Positions 60,437 through 64,000 of a DNA stretch of 64,000 bases are shown here, piece after piece (the stretch's first letter is position 1; every line of letters starts with the position of its first letter). The stretch is from a virus (taxonomy: Duplodnaviria > Heunggongvirae > Uroviricota > Caudoviricetes). The notes below the pieces were generated by a model that worked only from the letters and a program-made list of their open reading frames with translations, searched no databases and was not told the DNA's origin. The translations under genes were made by a program, and so were the position numbers. Where the stretch lies: the IMG/VR virus record IMGVR_UViG_3300046779_000230, positions 23,562 through 87,561 of that record. One strand, given 5' to 3'.

Positions 60437-61806
60437 ACTGATACGATCGGAATTACTTTTTTCTTGGTTTCGACTTTTCCATTAATCATCCAGAAAATGT
60501 CTTTTCTGTCTTGTCTTAGTGGTCCATCGATATAAACTGGAATGTGTCCTGTTAAAATTTCAATAGCTGCACAAAAAATGACAATGTTGTCGCTAAATGA
60601 GTTATCGCATGTGGCTTCCCATAATGGACCAGTTAAAAAGAAACAAGCACCTTTACAGATGTGTAACACAGGGCACTTAGAACATTCTTCTCGATCACTC
60701 CAATGCGTTCCTGTTTTTATCTCAATATTTTTAAGATCTTTAACATTACCCAAGTGGTGTGAAATTCCAGATGGATTATGCGAAACTGTAGATACATTCT
60801 GGCAAGTTAAGACATTACCCTTTAAGTCTATAGCAATATTTTCAGACTTGTCCATACCACATTTCTGAGATAAGGTTTCTTTTCTAACTCCAGTTTCCAG
60901 AGACTTAATAAAGTTACTTATTTTTGTTTGTATTGTGCTGTATCGAGTAACACTGTCTGCGCGAAGTTCGTCGAATGTAAATTTTCTATAGTTAATATGA
61001 GATTCATCATTCATTAAAGAGTTAGCAGTACCACCCTCGTCGTATGCGTCAATAAAAGTGCCTTCGCCGATTGATAGGTACTTTACATATTCTTCACCAA
61101 GTTCTTTTCTGATTAACTCTTCGAAAAATAATTGAATGTTTTTACGGCTAATATTTTTGTTAGTTATCATAGAATTGAAACTAACACGACCTAGAGGAGC
61201 TAAAGTTTTATATGCGTAGATGATACCTTCTCTACTGGATGGGTCATCTAGTGGGTCTGGACCGCGAATAAATTGACCAACCGCATCATGAGAAATACCA
61301 ACAGTAAACCTTAAGTTGTTTAACCAATCAACCTTTTCTTTGTCTAGTAGACTACCATTAGTGATAATAGAAAATTCTGAGTTTGGATACTTAGCGCGAA
61401 TTTCTTCAGCAAGAGGTTTCAAGGTCTTCCAATATACTAGAGGTTCACCACCCCAAAATTCAAAGTATCTATTCGAACCCTTACCGTCTTCTCCACCATC
61501 AAACCATGATGGTATTTGTTCTACAAATTCTTGAATATCATTTGGGTTTGTAGAATCTGCGTGTGGCACAAATCTCTGATTGCAGTAATCACACTCGAAA
61601 TTACAAGAAAGACCAAGCTGTATCTTAACAGTTTTTGGTGCCTTGCCAATTTCTAGTTTTTTCTGAGATTGTGGGAGATTGTTTATTCTAGTTTCGATGA
61701 CAGCGGTGCCATCTTCCCATGTTAGGGTGCTAAACGTAGAATTATAGATCAATTTTTTAGTTAGACCGTCTTTTGGGTTAACTGATGTTATTACAAATTG
61801 TGACAT
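60433..61806 (-). CDS. radical SAM enzyme with a C-terminal SPASM domain (peptide/protein maturase type)
   Basis: GLSCNFECDYCNQ carries CxxxCxxC. The SPASM pattern is CGMDKSENIAIDLKGNVLTC (C-x13-G-x4-C), then CSKCPVLHICKGAC (CX2CX5CX3C), plus a downstream Cys. Confidence 0.85.
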   Translation of the reverse strand: MSQFVITSVNPKDGLTKKLIYNSTFSTLTWEDGTAVIETRINNLPQSQKKLEIGKAPKTVKIQLGLSCNFECDYCNQRFVPHADSTNPNDIQEFVEQIPSWFDGGEDGKGSNRYFEFWGGEPLVYWKTLKPLAEEIRAKYPNSEFSIITNGSLLDKEKVDWLNNLRFTVGISHDAVGQFIRGPDPLDDPSSREGIIYAYKTLAPLGRVSFNSMITNKNISRKNIQLFFEELIRKELGEEYVKYLSIGEGTFIDAYDEGGTANSLMNDESHINYRKFTFDELRADSVTRYSTIQTKISNFIKSLETGVRKETLSQKCGMDKSENIAIDLKGNVLTCQNVSTVSHNPSGISHHLGNVKDLKNIEIKTGTHWSDREECSKCPVLHICKGACFFLTGPLWEATCDNSFSDNIVIFCAAIEILTGHIPVYIDGPLRQDRKDIFWMINGKVETKKKVIPIVSV

Positions 61807-61824
61807 TATATACCTTAAATGAAA

Positions 61825-61845
61825 TTCTGGGGACTAGCCCCAGAA
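61825..61845 (-). terminator. hairpin between the late motif and the rSAM start (terminator or 5'-leader structure)
   Basis: The hairpin is UUCUGGGG-CUAGU-CCCCAGAA followed by UUUCAUUU. Confidence 0.5.
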
Positions 61846-61846
61846 G

Positions 61847-61854
61847 TATTTATC
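61847..61854 (-). promoter_or_regulatory. late promoter motif GATAAATA upstream of the rSAM operon
   Basis: The motif lies 40 nt upstream of the ATG at 61806 and overlaps the stop of 61853-62632. Confidence 0.45.
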
Positions 61855-62632
61855 AAGAAATTGTTATGGTAAAATCAGCTATACCTGTGTATTTTCTATG
61901 ACCAGCCTTAACTCTCACTAAGTCTCCAACATCCATACCAGTAGTTAAAAGTTTAAACGAACCAGAACCATTGGTTAATGGCACTCTAAGTTTATTTGGA
62001 ATTCCATAAACTTGCTCTAAATAAACTTCCTTGACAGTAGGGCTAGAAGAAACATCAATAGTAATACTAGAGTCTACTCCGACAGAAGACTGTGTAGAAG
62101 ATAATGTCACTGGAGCTATTAGATCTCTAGTGAAACGAACTGTTTCGCTTGTGACATGTTGAGCAGATGGACCTTCTACGATATAATCTACATCATCGCT
62201 ATCTTTGATAACATATGTAAAGTCCGTGAAATCTCCCTCAGAATCTTCAACGAAAATTCCAAACGGTGTGTAGAAAAAACCAGATTCCTGAGAATACCCT
62301 TGTTTCTTAGAGACTAGTGTTTCTGCCAATAAATCTATGACCATTGGCGCGCAAACTGGATGGTGTGTATTATTCCCATCAGAATCTAATAATGGATAAC
62401 AACTTTCTACAATAGTCCACACAGACTGATCACAGAAACCTTTTGATGCCTTTAATGTTTGTAAAGACATTTCACACCAAAATATTTCTTTGTACTCTCC
62501 ATCTTTATTCACAGAGACTTTAACTTCTAGTGTTTCAGGTTGTATATTCAAAAATATCTTGGGTGGTGTTAGGTTTTCACCCGCTTCTTTATTGAAGATT
62601 GTGTTTGGCGTTTTCGATCTAATAATTCTCAT
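61853..62632 (-). CDS. hypothetical protein, possibly virion-associated (beta-rich C-terminal domain)
   Basis: The 259-aa ORF lies between the fibre-like gene and the rSAM operon. No motif was recognised. Confidence 0.4.
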   Translation of the reverse strand: MRIIRSKTPNTIFNKEAGENLTPPKIFLNIQPETLEVKVSVNKDGEYKEIFWCEMSLQTLKASKGFCDQSVWTIVESCYPLLDSDGNNTHHPVCAPMVIDLLAETLVSKKQGYSQESGFFYTPFGIFVEDSEGDFTDFTYVIKDSDDVDYIVEGPSAQHVTSETVRFTRDLIAPVTLSSTQSSVGVDSSITIDVSSSPTVKEVYLEQVYGIPNKLRVPLTNGSGSFKLLTTGMDVGDLVRVKAGHRKYTGIADFTITIS

Positions 62633-62640
62633 AGATTACC

Positions 62641-63786
62641 TTAACAGTTGCAGTTGCAGTTACAATTATGTGCACGAAGAACCATGTTAGTTCCTTGTCT
62701 AATTGTATCATACCAAGTTGTGTCATGTCCTGGGGGATTACGTGAAGCATTACCCATACAGTTACCTACAGCTCGACCACCACCACCGTCAACGAAGAAA
62801 CCATAGTTACCTAAGTTGTTAACGAATTGAGATAGGTGACCTGGACGACCTTGTACGTTACCCCATGGAGTCACTTCAGCATAGAATGCATATCCAACGT
62901 TAGTTACGCTAACTGCTCCAGTGTTACCTTGAACAGATGTAACTGGGACTGAGACTACAACTGCGCCAGTGTTACCTTGAACAGATGTAACATGAGCAGA
63001 AACTGTTGGATTACCAGCAACACCATCTCCGTTAGAAACTGTAATACCACCACCAGCAACAATAGTTCTTGTTGCCATAGAACCAGTACCAGTTCTTGAA
63101 AGCATACCAGTTGTTGTCAAACCAGAAAGAGCAGACAAGTCAGAGTCGAATGGCTGAACGTCAGTACCGATTGTTAGACCAAGAGTGGCACGAGCAGTTA
63201 TTGCATCGCCATCGTCTAACAGAGTTCTGGCATATGGCGTCAAGCTAGTAGTATCGGCAGTGCCAAGACCTGTGTAATAAGGCAATGTATTTGCTGCAGA
63301 TGTTGTTGCAGCTAGGGCATCTAACTCTAGATTCCATGCTTGTACATCAGAACCAATGGCTAGACCCAAGTTAGTTCTAGCGCCAGCTGATGTAGATGAG
63401 CCAGTACCACCGTCTGCGATTGCCAAGTCTGTGATACCTTGGATTAAACCACTGGTAATCGCTGCTTCACCAGAATGTTTACCACTAAAATCTGCAGCTG
63501 TGATTACGTTGGCTTCAAAGTTACCTGAAGCATCACGAACTACTGCAGAGCTTTTATCAGCACCAGCTGGTAGCAATACAGATGCACTATAACCATCTAG
63601 TAAGTCGGCATCTAAGCCAGAACCGCTGCCGTCAACTGTTTTAAGTTTAGTTAAGATATCAGCTGCATTATAATCAACAGCTGTTAATTTTGTGGCTAAT
63701 TCGTTGTTCAGGTTACTAAAGTTTGCATCGACTTCAGCGTTAGTCAGCGGACTTCCTTTAGTACCTCTTAATGTAATAACTGCCAT
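62641..63786 (-). CDS. tail-fibre-like protein ending in (Asn-Cys)4
   Basis: The N-terminus [24 protein letters not shown] is a common phage-fibre N-terminal motif. SVQGNTGAV fibre repeats occur twice. The region between is Gly/Thr/Ala-rich and beta-type. The C-terminus is [11 protein letters not shown]. Confidence 0.75.
   Translation of the reverse strand: MAVITLRGTKGSPLTNAEVDANFSNLNNELATKLTAVDYNAADILTKLKTVDGSGSGLDADLLDGYSASVLLPAGADKSSAVVRDASGNFEANVITAADFSGKHSGEAAITSGLIQGITDLAIADGGTGSSTSAGARTNLGLAIGSDVQAWNLELDALAATTSAANTLPYYTGLGTADTTSLTPYARTLLDDGDAITARATLGLTIGTDVQPFDSDLSALSGLTTTGMLSRTGTGSMATRTIVAGGGITVSNGDGVAGNPTVSAHVTSVQGNTGAVVVSVPVTSVQGNTGAVSVTNVGYAFYAEVTPWGNVQGRPGHLSQFVNNLGNYGFFVDGGGGRAVGNCMGNASRNPPGHDTTWYDTIRQGTNMVLRAHNCNCNCNC
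62644..62667 (-). repeat. codon-level tandem repeat encoding NCNCNCNC at the extreme C-terminus
   Basis: The minus strand reads AAT TGT AAC TGC AAC TGC AAC TGT TAA. Confidence 0.9.
62918..62991 (-). repeat. 26-bp direct repeat at a 48-nt period
   Basis: ccagtgttaccttgaacagatgtaac occurs at 62918-62943 and again at 62966-62991. It encodes [11 protein letters not shown] twice. Confidence 0.9.
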
Positions 63787-63797
63787 TTAAGGATCCT

Positions 63798-64000
63798 TTA
63801 TTTTTGCAAAATTTGGAGAATCAAAGATTTTATCTCTTGCAATTCATTCTTTATATTATTTATCTCTTTGGTATTATGAGAAATTTGATCCATCTTTTCC
63901 TTTTGGATTCTGGCTTCTTCTCTTCTCTGTAGATACCTTTGAACTTCGGTCTTATCAGTATTTATGATAGCCCCGTTAGAGACATCCCTAACTAGGCTAT
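63798..64000 (-). CDS. 3' end of a coiled-coil hypothetical protein running off the right edge (or a 31-aa ORF from the ATG at 63893)
   Basis: I checked the frame by hand and it is open from 64000 to the TAA at 63800-63798 (...EARIQKEKMDQISHNTKEINNIKNELQEIKSLILQILQK). It is not in the track. Confidence 0.35.
   Translation of the reverse strand, partial: SLVRDVSNGAIINTDKTEVQRYLQRREEARIQKEKMDQISHNTKEINNIKNELQEIKSLILQILQK
63857..63864 (-). promoter_or_regulatory. late promoter motif GATAAATA
   Basis: The motif lies 71 nt upstream of the fibre-like gene's ATG, inside the preceding ORF. Confidence 0.4.

Noticed and set aside
1-64000. A search for tRNA, rRNA, CRISPR, integrase and transposase genes.
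   Set aside because: No T-loop-like GTTCGAAnC in a cloverleaf context was seen; the few ttcgaa hits are inside coding regions. No spaced direct repeats were seen and no recombinase motifs were recognised. The search was done by eye, so divergent tRNAs could have been missed.

Overview
This window is a 64-kb segment of a T4-like myovirus genome. Gene order and content are closest to marine T4-like cyanomyovirus-type phages. All of the roughly 80 credible genes are on the minus strand and are tightly packed, with many ATGA or TAATG stop/start overlaps. Every plus-strand ORF in the track looks like an antisense shadow.

Gene order on the minus strand, from high to low coordinates:
- a tail-fibre-like gene
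- an accessory radical-SAM/SPASM cluster
- neck gp13/14/15, terminase gp17, sheath gp18, tube gp19, portal gp20, prohead protease gp21, scaffold gp22, major capsid gp23 and a gp3-like tail protein
- UvsY, UvsW, late sigma gp55, an AAA ATPase, and gp47/gp46
- a MoxR(CobS-like)/VWA pair, then membrane and redox accessory genes (SPFH, rubrerythrin plus rubredoxin)
- clamp gp45, a flavin halogenase, clamp loader gp44/gp62, RegA and Hsp20
- DNA ligase, a DEDD exonuclease, DNA polymerase gp43, thioredoxin, UvsX and helicase gp41
- a six-gene candidate DNA-base hypermodification cassette: TET/JBP dioxygenase, orphan glutaminase, GNAT, an all-alpha protein, a B12-type radical SAM and a P-loop kinase
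- a late-transcribed block with an NMNAT-like fusion protein, a second ligase-like enzyme, Dps and large Lys/Glu/His-rich proteins

Regulatory signals found by eye: eight sigma70-type early promoters (TTGnCT-17-TATAAT), six T4-type late promoter motifs ((G/T)ATAAATA), and about nine hairpin terminators. No tRNA, rRNA, CRISPR array, integrase or transposase was seen.

The most novel-looking items are the hypermodification cassette (8756-14536), the late-expressed rSAM/SPASM cluster next to a fibre protein ending in NCNCNCNC (58112-63786), and a GC-rich structured non-coding region in front of hsp20 (25636-25845).

All functional calls come from motifs read by eye and recalled T4 protein sequences. 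No database search was run.
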